DNA from: Candidatus Methanomethylophilus sp. UBA78
GTDB lineage: Archaea; Thermoplasmatota; Thermoplasmata; Methanomassiliicoccales; Methanomethylophilaceae
NCBI GenBank assembly: GCA_002503545.1
Contig: DARY01000027.1
Span: 4,165-68,164, forward strand
DNA length: 64,000 nt
Reading direction: 5' to 3'
A program made the position numbers and the translations under genes. This document shows positions 36,789 through 46,596 of this stretch, piece after piece. The notes under the pieces are model-generated. The model did not search any database. It was not told the DNA's origin and worked only from the letters and a program-made list of their open reading frames with translations. Each line of letters opens with the position of its first letter. Position 1 is the first letter of the stretch.

Positions 36789-38764
36789 TGACCCAGAGCG
36801 TTCTGGTTTTCGCAGGGACGACCGAGGGCGGGGAGATCGCGGACCTCCTCGCCGGAGCCGGCGTCATGGTGCATGTGTGCGTCGCAACCGAATACGGCAG
36901 GACCTCGGTCAGGGAGCATGGGAACGTGGAGGTCTCCTCCCGCCCGCTCTCCCCCGAGGAGATGAGGGACCTCATGAGGAGGTATCCCGTCGTGGTGGAT
37001 GCGACGCACCCGTACGCGACCAGGATATCGGCGCATGTGAAGGAGGCCTGCGCCGACACCGGTGCGGAGTACATCCGCCTCGTCCGCCCCGCCTCAGAGG
37101 GTTACGGGGGCATGAAGGTGGTGGACACCATCGACGAGGCGGTGGAGTACCTTAAAGGCACCGAGGGCCCCATACTGACGACCACCGGCAGCAAGGAGCT
37201 GGCCAAGTACACGGGGATCCCCGGGTTCAGGGACAGGGTGTTCGCCAGGGTGCTGTCCCTCCCGGGGGTCGTGGAGGTCTGCGCCGCGCTGGGGTTCGAG
37301 GGGAAGAACCTCTTCGCCATGCAGGGCCCGTTCTGCGAGGAGATGGACTACGGCATGCTGGTGCAGACGGGTGCCAGGTACCTGGTGACCAAGGACTCCG
37401 GCGCCCCCGGCGGTTTCGACGAGAAGGTCAGGGCCGCCCGCAGGGCCGGTGCCGAGGTCATCATAGTGGGCAGGCCCGAGGAACAGCCCGGGACCGACTT
37501 CGAAGGGACCTTGGGTATCCTGTCGTCCAGGCTGGGCATCGCCCTGAGACGTCCCAGGAGGCTGCTTTCCATAGTCGGGACCGGGGTCGGTCCCGGGACC
37601 GGCCTGACCGCCGCCGGTTCCGCCGCCGTCAGGTCCTCCGACCTGGTGGTCGGTGCGGAGAGGATGCTCCGCATACCCGAGGCCGAGGGCAAGGCGTCGC
37701 TCCGCGAATACGCCCCCGACAGGATATTCGACTATCTGGCACATCATCCGGAGTACCGGCGCGCCGCCCTCCTGGTCTCGGGGGACATCGGGTTCTACAG
37801 CGCCACCAGGTCCGTCCTGTCCGCCCTGGACCCGTCGGAGTACGATGTGGAGACCCACTGCGGGATCTCCTCGGTCCAGTACCTCTGCGCCAGGGCGGGG
37901 ATCCCCTGGCAGGACGTCAGGTTAATCAGCGCCCACGGCAAGGGGGCGAACTTCGTCGGAGAGGTCAGGAGGAACGGGACGGTCTTCTCCCTGCTCAACG
38001 GCAGGGACGGCGTCATGGAGATGTGCCAGCAGCTCGTGGATTACAACATGGGTGTGAACGTCGCCGTCGGATGCGACCTCGGGTACCCCGAGGAGAAGTA
38101 CTTCTACGGGACCCCCGCGGAGATCATGGTATCCGACATCGGCGGCCTATGCGCCGCCCTCGTCTTCAACCCCCGCCCCGACGGCCGCTGTCCGATAGGC
38201 ATCCCCGATTCCGAGTTCATAAGGGGCGACGCCCCCATGACCAAGTCGGAGGTCAGGGCGCTGTCCGTGGCCAAGATGAAGCTCTCGGAGGACAGCGTGG
38301 TCTACGACGTGGGGGCGGGCACCGGTTCGGTCTCCGTCGAGGCGGCCCTGGTCGCCGTGTCCGGCACCGTCTACGCCATAGAGAAGGAGGAGGTCGCGGC
38401 CGCCCTCATAGACCAGAACAGGAGGAAGTTCGGGACGCCCAACGTGGAGATCGTCACCGGCAGGGCCCCCGAGGCCCTGGCCGGGCTCCCCTCCCCCGAC
38501 TGCGTGTTCGTGGGCGGTTCGTCGGGCAACCTGAAGGAGATCGTCTCGGCGGTCCTGGAGAAGAACCCGCGCTGCAGGTTCGTCGTCAACTCGGTCACCC
38601 TGGAGACGGTATCCGAGGTGCTGGGTCTTTCCTCCTGCTGCCGCGTGGAGCAGGAGGAGATAGTCTGCGTCAACGCGGCGAACTCCCGCCGTCTGGGACG
38701 TTACAACCTCATGACCGCGCAGAACCCCGTCTACATAGCCGTCTTTAGGGGGGTCGCGGAATGA
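36785..38764 (+). CDS. fused precorrin-6A reductase / C5- and C15-methyltransferase (CbiJ-CbiE-CbiT)
   Basis: FAGTTEG, DATHPYA, MQGPF, TKDSG (CbiJ); SGDIGFYS, GISS, SAHG (CbiE); PMTKSEVR, DVGAGTGSV (CbiT). Confidence 0.92.
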   Translation: MMTQSVLVFAGTTEGGEIADLLAGAGVMVHVCVATEYGRTSVREHGNVEVSSRPLSPEEMRDLMRRYPVVVDATHPYATRISAHVKEACADTGAEYIRLVRPASEGYGGMKVVDTIDEAVEYLKGTEGPILTTTGSKELAKYTGIPGFRDRVFARVLSLPGVVEVCAALGFEGKNLFAMQGPFCEEMDYGMLVQTGARYLVTKDSGAPGGFDEKVRAARRAGAEVIIVGRPEEQPGTDFEGTLGILSSRLGIALRRPRRLLSIVGTGVGPGTGLTAAGSAAVRSSDLVVGAERMLRIPEAEGKASLREYAPDRIFDYLAHHPEYRRAALLVSGDIGFYSATRSVLSALDPSEYDVETHCGISSVQYLCARAGIPWQDVRLISAHGKGANFVGEVRRNGTVFSLLNGRDGVMEMCQQLVDYNMGVNVAVGCDLGYPEEKYFYGTPAEIMVSDIGGLCAALVFNPRPDGRCPIGIPDSEFIRGDAPMTKSEVRALSVAKMKLSEDSVVYDVGAGTGSVSVEAALVAVSGTVYAIEKEEVAAALIDQNRRKFGTPNVEIVTGRAPEALAGLPSPDCVFVGGSSGNLKEIVSAVLEKNPRCRFVVNSVTLETVSEVLGLSSCCRVEQEEIVCVNAANSRRLGRYNLMTAQNPVYIAVFRGVAE

Positions 38765-40107
38765 GCCTCGCCCGCTTCATGATCGCCGCCCCGGCCAGCG
38801 GCAGCGGCAAGACGACCGTCACCTGCGGCATCCTCCAGGCCCTCGTGAACAGGGGGATGAAGGTATCCTCGTTCAAATGCGGGCCCGACTACATCGACCC
38901 GATGTTCCACTCGAGGGTGATCGGGACCAAGTCCAGGAACCTCGATTCGTTCTTCTGCGACGACGACACCCTCAGATACCTGTTCTGCCGCACGGCGGAG
39001 GATTCCGACATCTCGGTCATCGAGGGGGTGATGGGATTCTACGACGGCATCCGCGCCGCAGGCACCGAGGGGTCCTCCTACGATGTGTCCCAGAAGCTCG
39101 AGGCGCCCGTCGTCCTCCTCGTCAACTGCAGAGGTGCCAGCATGTCGGTCGTGCCCGTCATCAAGGGCTTCAGGGAGTTCAGGGAGAACCGCATCGCCTG
39201 CGTAATCCTCAACAACATGAGCGCCCATGTGTACCCGGAGGTCAAGGCGGCCGTGGAGAGGGAGACGGGGCTCACGGTCGCCGGCTACGTGCCGAAGCTC
39301 AAGGACATGGTCCTGGAGAGCAGGCATCTGGGTCTCGTCCTCCCCGACGAGGTGGCCTCCCTCAGGGAGAGCCTCGACCGCCTGGCCGGGATGCTCGAGG
39401 AGACCGTCGACATCGACGCCCTCGTCGAGCTGGCCCGCGGAGCCTCCGAGATATCCGGCAGGGCGCCCGCGCACGGCGTGCTTCCCGGCAAGGTGAAGGT
39501 CGGTCTGGCCTATGACGACGCATTCTGCTTCACCTATGAGGACAACATCGCCCTCCTCGAGGAGTGCGGGGCGGAGATCGTCCGCTTCTCTCCTATGAGG
39601 GATGGCAGGATGCCCGACGGGATCAGCGGCATAATCCTGTCCGGAGGATACCCGGAGCTCCACGGGGAGGTCCTCAGCGGCAACGCCTCCATGCTGGAGG
39701 ATATCCGGGGGAAGGTCGCGGCCGGCATGCCCTGCCTCGCGGAGTGCGGCGGCTTCATGTACCTCCACGAGAGGATGGAGGACGCCGACGGGAGGATGTG
39801 GCCCATGGCCGGGGTAATAAAAGGGGAGGTCCGCAACACCGGCAAACTCAGCCGCTTCGGGTACGTCTCCCTCTCCTCTGGCGACCCGGGGTCGATAATC
39901 GCCGGTGGCTGCAAGGGGCATGAATTCCATTACTGGGACAGTACCGACTGCGGGACCTCGTGGGAGGCCGTCAAGACCTCCGGCAAGAAGTATCAGTGCG
40001 GACATGAGGAGGGCGGCCTTTCGGCCGGGTTCCCCCATCTGTACTACTACTCCAACCCCGACGTCGCCTACCGGTTCCTGCTGAAGTGCCAGCAGTACGG
40101 GGTCCGA
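38761..40107 (+). CDS. cbiA: cobyrinate a,c-diamide synthase; no stop at the expected end (frame stays open to 41406)
   Basis: SGSGKTT, KCGPDYIDPMFH, EGVMG, SRHLGL, AECGG, GHEFHY, FPHLYY; homology ends near 40100 where the codon is CGA, not a stop. Confidence 0.85.
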
Positions 40108-40896
40108 TCAGATCTCGACGCCGCCCATGAGGGCGCCGGAGATCATCCCGACCGCGATCACGACGACGATGCCCAGGAGGAAGATCCCCATCTGGCGGAG
40201 GTCCTTCCTCCGGTGGTGGAACGCCTCGGGCAGCATATCGCACATGGTGACGAACGCGAACACCCCGACGGAGAAGCACAGTGCCAGTCCGGCCATCCCC
40301 AGCCCGCCGGTGTCGAGGGCGTAGTACGAGACGACGGCCGCCAGGGGCGAGATGAGGCTGAAGACGGTCAGGTACAGCCAGGTCCTTTCCCTGCGGTGCG
40401 ACATGAGCATGGTCGAGGCCAGCGAGAACGCCACCACCACCTTGTGCAGGCAGAGGGCGATGAGCACCATCGCCCCCACATCCTCACCGGCGATGAAGGC
40501 CGCCGCCAGGGCGAGGCCGTCGAAGAAGGAGTGGATGGAGAGTCCGAGGAACGCCGAGAGGGATGTCACGTCGTGCTCGCAAGCCTCGCATCCGTCGTAC
40601 TCGTCCTTGTCCAGGTACTTCTTGACCAGGAAGTCCATCAGGAACAGCAGCAGGAATCCGAGGAGCATCATGTACGCCGCGTTCTCCGTCGAGACGCCGT
40701 TGTCAAGGGCCCTCTCGAGCGACTCCGGCAGGAGCATGATGAAGAGGACGCCGAGCATGATCCCGGTGCTGAAGGTGATGAGCATGTGCAGTTTTATCTT
40801 CCTGCTCTTCCTGAACATGAAAGGCAGGCGCGCCGCCGCTATAGTGACGACGAATATGGCTACCGCGAAGAGGATGAGCGTGACGTCTTCTCCCAT
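40108..40896 (-). CDS. ZIP family metal transporter
   Basis: GIMLGV....LLPE, IHSFFDGLA, LHK, MLPEAFH; about 8 TM segments; loop CEACEH. Confidence 0.92.
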   Translation of the reverse strand: MGEDVTLILFAVAIFVVTIAAARLPFMFRKSRKIKLHMLITFSTGIMLGVLFIMLLPESLERALDNGVSTENAAYMMLLGFLLLFLMDFLVKKYLDKDEYDGCEACEHDVTSLSAFLGLSIHSFFDGLALAAAFIAGEDVGAMVLIALCLHKVVVAFSLASTMLMSHRRERTWLYLTVFSLISPLAAVVSYYALDTGGLGMAGLALCFSVGVFAFVTMCDMLPEAFHHRRKDLRQMGIFLLGIVVVIAVGMISGALMGGVEI

Positions 40897-40917
40897 GCAT
40901 CTCGTGTGGCCGTCTTA

Positions 40918-40946
40918 TTATTAATGTCTATTGAACAGGTTAATAA
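40918..40946. promoter_or_regulatory. palindromic operator 1, TTATTAA-N15-TTAATAA
   Basis: Perfect 7-15-7 inverted repeat over the ZIP promoter; repeated at 40972-41000. Confidence 0.75.
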
Positions 40947-40971
40947 TTCCACATCGCCGGGAGGCCGTTTT

Positions 40972-41000
40972 TTATTAACCCTCTGTGCTGGTTTTAATAA
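40972..41000. promoter_or_regulatory. palindromic operator 2, TTATTAA-N15-TTAATAA
   Basis: Same half-sites and spacing with a different spacer; over the promoter of the NikR-like gene. Confidence 0.75.
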
Positions 41001-41022
41001 CTGCGAAGTTTTTTCCGTCCTC

Positions 41023-41406
41023 ATGACGATTGTAAGCATCTCCCTCACCGACGAGAACCTCTCCGATTTGGACAGGATCCAGGAGACTTTCGGTCTCGGC
41101 GGCCGTTCGGAGGCGGTGCGCAATGCCATCTCCTCGGCCCTTTCGGAGATACAGGACATGGAGAACCTGGAGGGCCTGGTCGAGGGCGTCCTCATCGCGA
41201 TAAAGAGGGACCATGCGGACCCGTGGATGGGCGTGATCCAGGCCAAGCACACCGGCGCCATCAAGACGCAGCTCCATTCCCATCTCAAGAACCACAAGTG
41301 CCTCGAGGTCATGGTCATCTCCTGCGAGGCGGCGGAGCTGCAGAGCATGATCCGTGAGATAAAGGCCACCGGCAAGGCGGATTACATCCGTTTCGTCAGT
41401 GGATGA
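41023..41406 (+). CDS. NikR-family (RHH + ACT-like metal-binding) transcriptional regulator
   Basis: MTIVSISL...RSEAVRNAI (RHH); QLHSHLKNHKCLEV. Confidence 0.88.
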   Translation: MTIVSISLTDENLSDLDRIQETFGLGGRSEAVRNAISSALSEIQDMENLEGLVEGVLIAIKRDHADPWMGVIQAKHTGAIKTQLHSHLKNHKCLEVMVISCEAAELQSMIREIKATGKADYIRFVSG

Positions 41407-41498
41407 GGTCCTCCGCGAGTCTTCCTGGACCTGTGTTAACAGGCATTAAATGCGTCTTCGCGCATGATTATATATCTTAAACGCATACAGGAAGCCGG

Positions 41499-42995
41499 AT
41501 GGGATGGGAGATGTGGAAATCACACTCGGACAGTGGTAACGCTCGTTTTCAGAGCGTTCTGGCAAGGGTAAAGGTGCTTCTCGGGTTCGGAAACGGCGCA
41601 GCCGCCGGCACACCCCGGGGGATAGAGGCCCCCAAGGCGCGCGGACTCGACTGCAACCAGTTCAGCAGGGTCGATGTCGGTTCCGGCATATTCGTATCAA
41701 GGGTCTCCGACAGCAGATACTTCGACGAGGTGCCCGAGTACACCCCGTTCATCAAGCCGGTCTGCAGCGAATCCGCAGAGGATGCCGAGGTCGTGGAGAG
41801 GCCCGCGAGGGGCGGTGCCGCCTACAGTGATCCGACGGAGCTCTTCTCCAACGCCAGGAAGAGGCCTGTTTACGAGGCCATCGATTTCAACGAGATAGTC
41901 GTCAAGAAGCCCGCTCCCCTCGGGAGCGCATACGGCGGTTTCCCCGCAGAGGAGGACACCACCGGTCTAGTGGAGAGGGAGGACACCACCGGTCTAGTGG
42001 AGAGGGAGAACACCGTCCCCGAGACCGCACCTGCGGCCGAGGGGTTCTCCGTACCCGCTCCGGAGGAGGTCGAGTACATCGCCTCCGCACAGGGAGTGTA
42101 CGACGAGGCCATCGCCGTCGCGGAACCTGTGCCCGGGGTGCAGATGATGGAGCCCTTCGCTGCAGACGTCTCCCCGTTCACCGAGGCGCAGGTGCTCGAG
42201 CCCTTCACGTCCGATGCCGTCCCGATGCAGGAATCATATGGGGAGGCGGCCGAGGTCTGCGACATCCTCGCCGAGCTCGCCATAGCGGAGTACTCCGCCC
42301 TCGCCCTGTACGAGGAGGTCAAGAGGGTCCAGGCGGAGGTCGAGGACCGCTCCGAGGCGCAGGACATCGCGGACACGGACGAGATCATGGCGGAGCTCGC
42401 CATAGCGGAGTACTCCGCAGTCGCCCTCCACGAGGCCGTCGAGAAGGCGAAGGAGGCCGCCGCACCCGCCGAGCCCCTCATGCTCGAGACCGACCGCACC
42501 CACATACTGGCACTTCCGCAGGGAGAGCCCGTCGTCCTGCTCGGAGTTCCCAGCGTCTCCGTGGCGGACACGGTGGTCGTGCAGACCGAGCCCGTCCGCA
42601 TGTCCCTGCCCAGGTTCCACTCTGCGGAGGACCTCGAGAGGGAGGCCGCCGAACTGGAGGACGCCAACTACGGCCCGGAGTCCTACTCCGTCCCGCAGAT
42701 GGCCGAGACCTCGGAGGCCGCCGAGACCGTCGGCGCAGTCTCCGTCGCCGAGTACGCCGAGCCCAACCTGGTGAGGGAGGTCATCGAGATCGTCGACCCG
42801 AGCAGGGACGTCCTCTACGCCTACCGCCCGACCCTCGCCAACGACGAGGACCTGTTCCTCGCATCCTCGAGGGATGACGATGCGGACCTCCCCGAGGACG
42901 GCCTCGAGTCGTACGACAGGAAGTTCAAGATCAGAGTCAGAGACCTCGACGCCTATGCGTACCGCTTCTCCGGGAACCTCAGGCAGCTCTGGTGA
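41499..42995 (+). CDS. acidic low-complexity hypothetical protein with internal repeats
   Basis: 498 aa, E/A/P-rich; EDTTGLVER x2 and AELAIAEYSA x2. Confidence 0.75.
   Translation: MGWEMWKSHSDSGNARFQSVLARVKVLLGFGNGAAAGTPRGIEAPKARGLDCNQFSRVDVGSGIFVSRVSDSRYFDEVPEYTPFIKPVCSESAEDAEVVERPARGGAAYSDPTELFSNARKRPVYEAIDFNEIVVKKPAPLGSAYGGFPAEEDTTGLVEREDTTGLVERENTVPETAPAAEGFSVPAPEEVEYIASAQGVYDEAIAVAEPVPGVQMMEPFAADVSPFTEAQVLEPFTSDAVPMQESYGEAAEVCDILAELAIAEYSALALYEEVKRVQAEVEDRSEAQDIADTDEIMAELAIAEYSAVALHEAVEKAKEAAAPAEPLMLETDRTHILALPQGEPVVLLGVPSVSVADTVVVQTEPVRMSLPRFHSAEDLEREAAELEDANYGPESYSVPQMAETSEAAETVGAVSVAEYAEPNLVREVIEIVDPSRDVLYAYRPTLANDEDLFLASSRDDDADLPEDGLESYDRKFKIRVRDLDAYAYRFSGNLRQLW
41952..42005 (+). 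repeat. perfect in-frame 27-bp tandem duplication
   Basis: GAGGACACCACCGGTCTAGTGGAGAGG x2. Confidence 0.95.
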
Positions 42996-43095
42996 GCCGG
43001 CAAACCACACCCCTCCTCCCCCCGGAGGCGGGCCATCCCCTTTTTAACATCTTTTTCCGTTCCATTTATAAGCGAAGATAATATCACGCAATTCT

Positions 43096-44400
43096 ATGGA
43101 GATAGTCTCGATCCTCCTCATGCTCCTCGTGCTCTTCGTACTGGCACGTGTAGGTAACAGGATCTTCGAGCATTTCGGCATCCCCGGACTGATCGGAGAG
43201 ATCCTCGTAGGCATTCTGATAGCCAACGTCGCCATCGGCGGCAGCACCCTCCTGGATTTCCTCGATATAGAGATCCCGGCGCCGGGGAGTGGCCACGCGG
43301 GCACGAACTACTCGATCCTCTACGCGGCCGCGGAGATCGGAGTCATCTTCCTCTTGTTCTCTGTGGGTCTCGAGACCAAGGTCAAGGAGCTCCTGGGGGT
43401 CGGCAGGAGCGCCATGCTGGTGGCGGTCCTCGGAGTGGTCATCCCGTTCTTCCTGGGGTTCGCGTACATCGAGTTCACGGACTCCAACTTCCATCACGCG
43501 ATGTTCCTGGCGGCCGCCATGGTGGCCACCAGCGTGGGCATCACCGCCCGCGTCATCAAGGACATGCACCTGATGGACAAGCTCGAATCCAGGATCATCA
43601 TCGGGGCCGCCGTCATCGACGACATCCTGGGTATGATCGTCCTCGCCATCGTCAAGGGGGTGGCGGGTTCCGACTCCGGCATATCGGTCATAGGGGTGAT
43701 CGAGGTCATTGCGGTGGCCTTCGTCTTCGTGATCGCCGCCATCCTCTTCGCGAAGAGTGCGGTGCCCAGGATCTACCTGTGGAACGAGAGGAGGGTCAAG
43801 AAGGCCCGTGAGGAGGGCAGGACCCCCGCATCCTTCAACATGCTGGCACTCGCCATCGCGATATGCCTCTTCATGTCCTGGCTCGCCGAGAGCATAGGCC
43901 TGGCCGCCATCATCGGCGCCTTCCTGGCCGGCATGATGTTCGCCGAGCACGCCTGGGAGTGGAAGCTTGACCAGAAGTTCGAGACCGTGACCGCGGTGTT
44001 CATCTCGTTCTTCTTCGTACACGTCGGCATGCAGGTCGACCTCGGCGACCTCGGCAGCACCTCCGTCATAATATCGGCGGTGGTCGTCATCCTGCTCGCG
44101 GTCGTCGGCAAGTACATCGGCTGCGGGATCGGGGCCAAGATGGGCGACAGGAGCACCTCCAGGGAATCCTGCAACATAATCGGCATCGGAATGGTGCCCA
44201 GGGGCGAGGTCGGCATCATCGTCGCCTCCATCGGCCTCAACACCATAGTGGAGGGGGCGCCCGCCCTATCGTCGTCGCTCTACGCCGTCATAGTCCTGAT
44301 GGCCGTCGCCACCACGGTAATCGCGCCGCCCATACTCTCCAAGCTGTACAGGAGGAAGTACCCGGCCGAGTACACCATCACGGCGGACGACAGGATCTGA
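43096..44400 (+). CDS. cation:proton antiporter (CPA2/NapA-like)
   Basis: GEILVGILI, LLFSVGLE, ATSVGIT, AAVIDD, GAFLAG, GMVPRGEV. Confidence 0.93.
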   Translation: MEIVSILLMLLVLFVLARVGNRIFEHFGIPGLIGEILVGILIANVAIGGSTLLDFLDIEIPAPGSGHAGTNYSILYAAAEIGVIFLLFSVGLETKVKELLGVGRSAMLVAVLGVVIPFFLGFAYIEFTDSNFHHAMFLAAAMVATSVGITARVIKDMHLMDKLESRIIIGAAVIDDILGMIVLAIVKGVAGSDSGISVIGVIEVIAVAFVFVIAAILFAKSAVPRIYLWNERRVKKAREEGRTPASFNMLALAIAICLFMSWLAESIGLAAIIGAFLAGMMFAEHAWEWKLDQKFETVTAVFISFFFVHVGMQVDLGDLGSTSVIISAVVVILLAVVGKYIGCGIGAKMGDRSTSRESCNIIGIGMVPRGEVGIIVASIGLNTIVEGAPALSSSLYAVIVLMAVATTVIAPPILSKLYRRKYPAEYTITADDRI

Positions 44401-44690
44401 TCCGCGGCCGGGCCGGCAAAAAACCTTTTACTTTTCTATTTCGAAATCCACCCGCATCAGAAGTCGGTCTGTGATACCAAGTTTACTAAAACAAAAATAT
44501 CTCAGACCGGGAGCGGAATCCGAACGTGTTCCAGCCGGTTCTATGCAGAATCCGATGAGTTTTCGGAAAGATAAGAGCTTCAGCAGACTGACTTCAATGG
44601 AAGAAACAGCGGCCATGGTCCGAGGGGTGCCGGAAGGATCGATGGCTACGCCTGAGGGAGATCATCCGAAGAATGCCGCACCGCGTCCGT

Positions 44691-44858
44691 TCACATGGGG
44701 AGGAACACGGGCAGGACGATGACGAGGACGGTGAAGGCGATGGCCAGGGCCACTACGAACCTGGGGCCGATCTTGATGCCCTTGTCGTCTTCGGAGTCGA
44801 AGTACCTCATCAGTCCCGCGGACGAGGAGAAGGATTCGCCTTTGTTCTCTTTGGCCAT
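44691..44858 (-). CDS. secG: preprotein translocase subunit Sec61beta
   Basis: Manual translation MAKENKGESFSSSAGLMRYFDSEDDKGIKIGPRFVV + single TM; 55 aa; absent from ORF track. Confidence 0.9.
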   Translation of the reverse strand: MAKENKGESFSSSAGLMRYFDSEDDKGIKIGPRFVVALAIAFTVLVIVLPVFLPM

Positions 44859-44960
44859 TGGCATTCGTATATTGGGACAATATTTAATCCCATTGGTGGA
44901 AGGGTCTATTTAAAAGGCAATCTTTTTATTATTCCCCCATGATGTGCGCGTCCGATTAGC

Positions 44961-46508
44961 ATGCACTGGGCAGACGTTATCGCCAAGGACATTGCCGAGA
45001 AGGCAGAGCATCCGCTCATCGCCACCGGCATCAGCCCCACCGGGATCATTCATGTAGGGAGCCTCAGGGAGGCCATCACAGGGGAATCTATACGCAGCGC
45101 GGTGGAGGGACTGGGCAAAGACGTTCGTCTCATCTACCTCATCGACTCCTTCGACCCCCTGAGGAAGAGGTACGACTTCCTCCCCGCCGAGTTCGAGAAG
45201 TACGTGGGCATGCCCATCAGCAGGATACCCTGCCCCTGCGGCAAGCACAGGAACTATGCGCACCACTTCGTGCAGCCCTTCCTCGACGCCGTCGATTCCC
45301 TCGGCGTCCACTGCGAGATAATATGGACAAGCGATCTCTACAAGGAGGGCAGGTTCGCCCAGGCCATCGACCTCACCTTCAAGAAGAGGAAGGAGATCAT
45401 CGACATCCTCCATGAGGTGTCCGGGAAGGAGGCCGACCCCAATTACGCCCCGTACAACCCCCTCTGCGAGAAGTGCGGACGCTACACCAAGCCCATCTTC
45501 GAATCCTACCAGTTCCCGTTCGTCGATTACGACTGCCCCTGCGGGCACCACGGCCGTGCGGACGTCAGGAAGGATGACGGCAAACTGACCTGGAGGCTCG
45601 AGTGGCCCGCCAAGTGGCTCATATTCGGCACCTCCGCCGAGCCCTTCGGCAAGGACCATGCGGCCGCCGGAGGCTCCTACGACACCGGCAAGAGGTTCGC
45701 CAGGGAGGTCTTCGGCATAGAGCCCCCTTTCCCCATCCCCTATGAGTTCGTTCAGCTCAAGGGAGTGGGACAGATGCACAAGTCGCTGGGATGCAGTGTC
45801 ACCGGGCTCGATGCCATCAGGATGACGCCCCCGGAGGTCCTCAACTACCTGTTCCTCAGGGTCCAGCCCTCCAGGGCCATCGACTACGACTCCGGCATCG
45901 GCAACCTCGACATGGCCGACGAGTACGACAGGATGGAGAAGGCCTTCTTCTCCAAGGAGTTCACCGAGGCGGAGGAGAACTCCGTCCGCGCCTACGAGAT
46001 CGCCCAGCACAACCACGTCCCGAAGCGGATGCCCGTGCAGGTCTCCTGCAGGCACCTCTGCAACGTCGTGCAGATCGCCGACAACTTCGAGGAGCAGATG
46101 GAGGTCCTCTCCCGCACCGTCGACATCTCGGTCGCCAACGAGGAGGACATGAAGAGGATCAGGAAGCGCTGCGAGTGCATGCAGTACTGGCTCAAGGCGT
46201 TCGCCCCCGACCAGGTCAAGTTCTCCATCAGCCAGACCGTACCCGCGTGCATCGAACTCAAGATGAACGACAAGGCGTTCCTGCAGGCCCTCGTCACCAG
46301 GATGAACGACTGCAACTGGGATCCCGAGACCATCAGCAACATCATATCGGACTGCGGCAAGGACTCCCCCATCGGACTGAAGAACGCCTACAAGGTGATC
46401 TACGGCCTGATCATCGGCAAACCGGCCGGTCCGAGGCTCGGCACGTTCCTGGCCTCCATAGACAAGCAGTTCGTGATAAACAGGTTCAACCAGGCCGCCT
46501 ACAACTGA
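44961..46508 (+). CDS. lysS: class I lysyl-tRNA synthetase
   Basis: MHWAD, GISPTG.IHVGS, GKL.WR.EWP, EPFGKDH, GPRLG. Confidence 0.95.
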   Translation: MHWADVIAKDIAEKAEHPLIATGISPTGIIHVGSLREAITGESIRSAVEGLGKDVRLIYLIDSFDPLRKRYDFLPAEFEKYVGMPISRIPCPCGKHRNYAHHFVQPFLDAVDSLGVHCEIIWTSDLYKEGRFAQAIDLTFKKRKEIIDILHEVSGKEADPNYAPYNPLCEKCGRYTKPIFESYQFPFVDYDCPCGHHGRADVRKDDGKLTWRLEWPAKWLIFGTSAEPFGKDHAAAGGSYDTGKRFAREVFGIEPPFPIPYEFVQLKGVGQMHKSLGCSVTGLDAIRMTPPEVLNYLFLRVQPSRAIDYDSGIGNLDMADEYDRMEKAFFSKEFTEAEENSVRAYEIAQHNHVPKRMPVQVSCRHLCNVVQIADNFEEQMEVLSRTVDISVANEEDMKRIRKRCECMQYWLKAFAPDQVKFSISQTVPACIELKMNDKAFLQALVTRMNDCNWDPETISNIISDCGKDSPIGLKNAYKVIYGLIIGKPAGPRLGTFLASIDKQFVINRFNQAAYN

Positions 46509-46535
46509 GCGGCCGGGGGCTCCGGCCCCTTCCCC

Positions 46536-46560
46536 GCCCGGTGCGGAGAACGCACCGGGC
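46536..46560. terminator. GC hairpin between convergent lysS and top6A
   Basis: GCCCGGTGCG-GAGAA-CGCACCGGGC perfect 10-bp stem. Confidence 0.65.
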
Positions 46561-46596
46561 GGTTTTCCCCGTAACAGGTTTGAAGTGCCAGACTCT

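Noticed and set aside
40108-41022. 881-aa CbiA-NikR ORF as a genuine evolved fusion protein
   Set aside because: The middle part is the antisense of an intact ZIP gene plus an intergenic promoter; treated as stop-loss or error and reported as a finding
41952-42005. CRISPR-like repeat
   Set aside because: Two adjacent copies with no spacer, in-frame within a CDS; no CRISPR array or cas gene seen anywhere in the window
44401-44690. Short ORFs or ncRNA between the antiporter and secG
   Set aside because: No motif, RBS or stable fold that I could support
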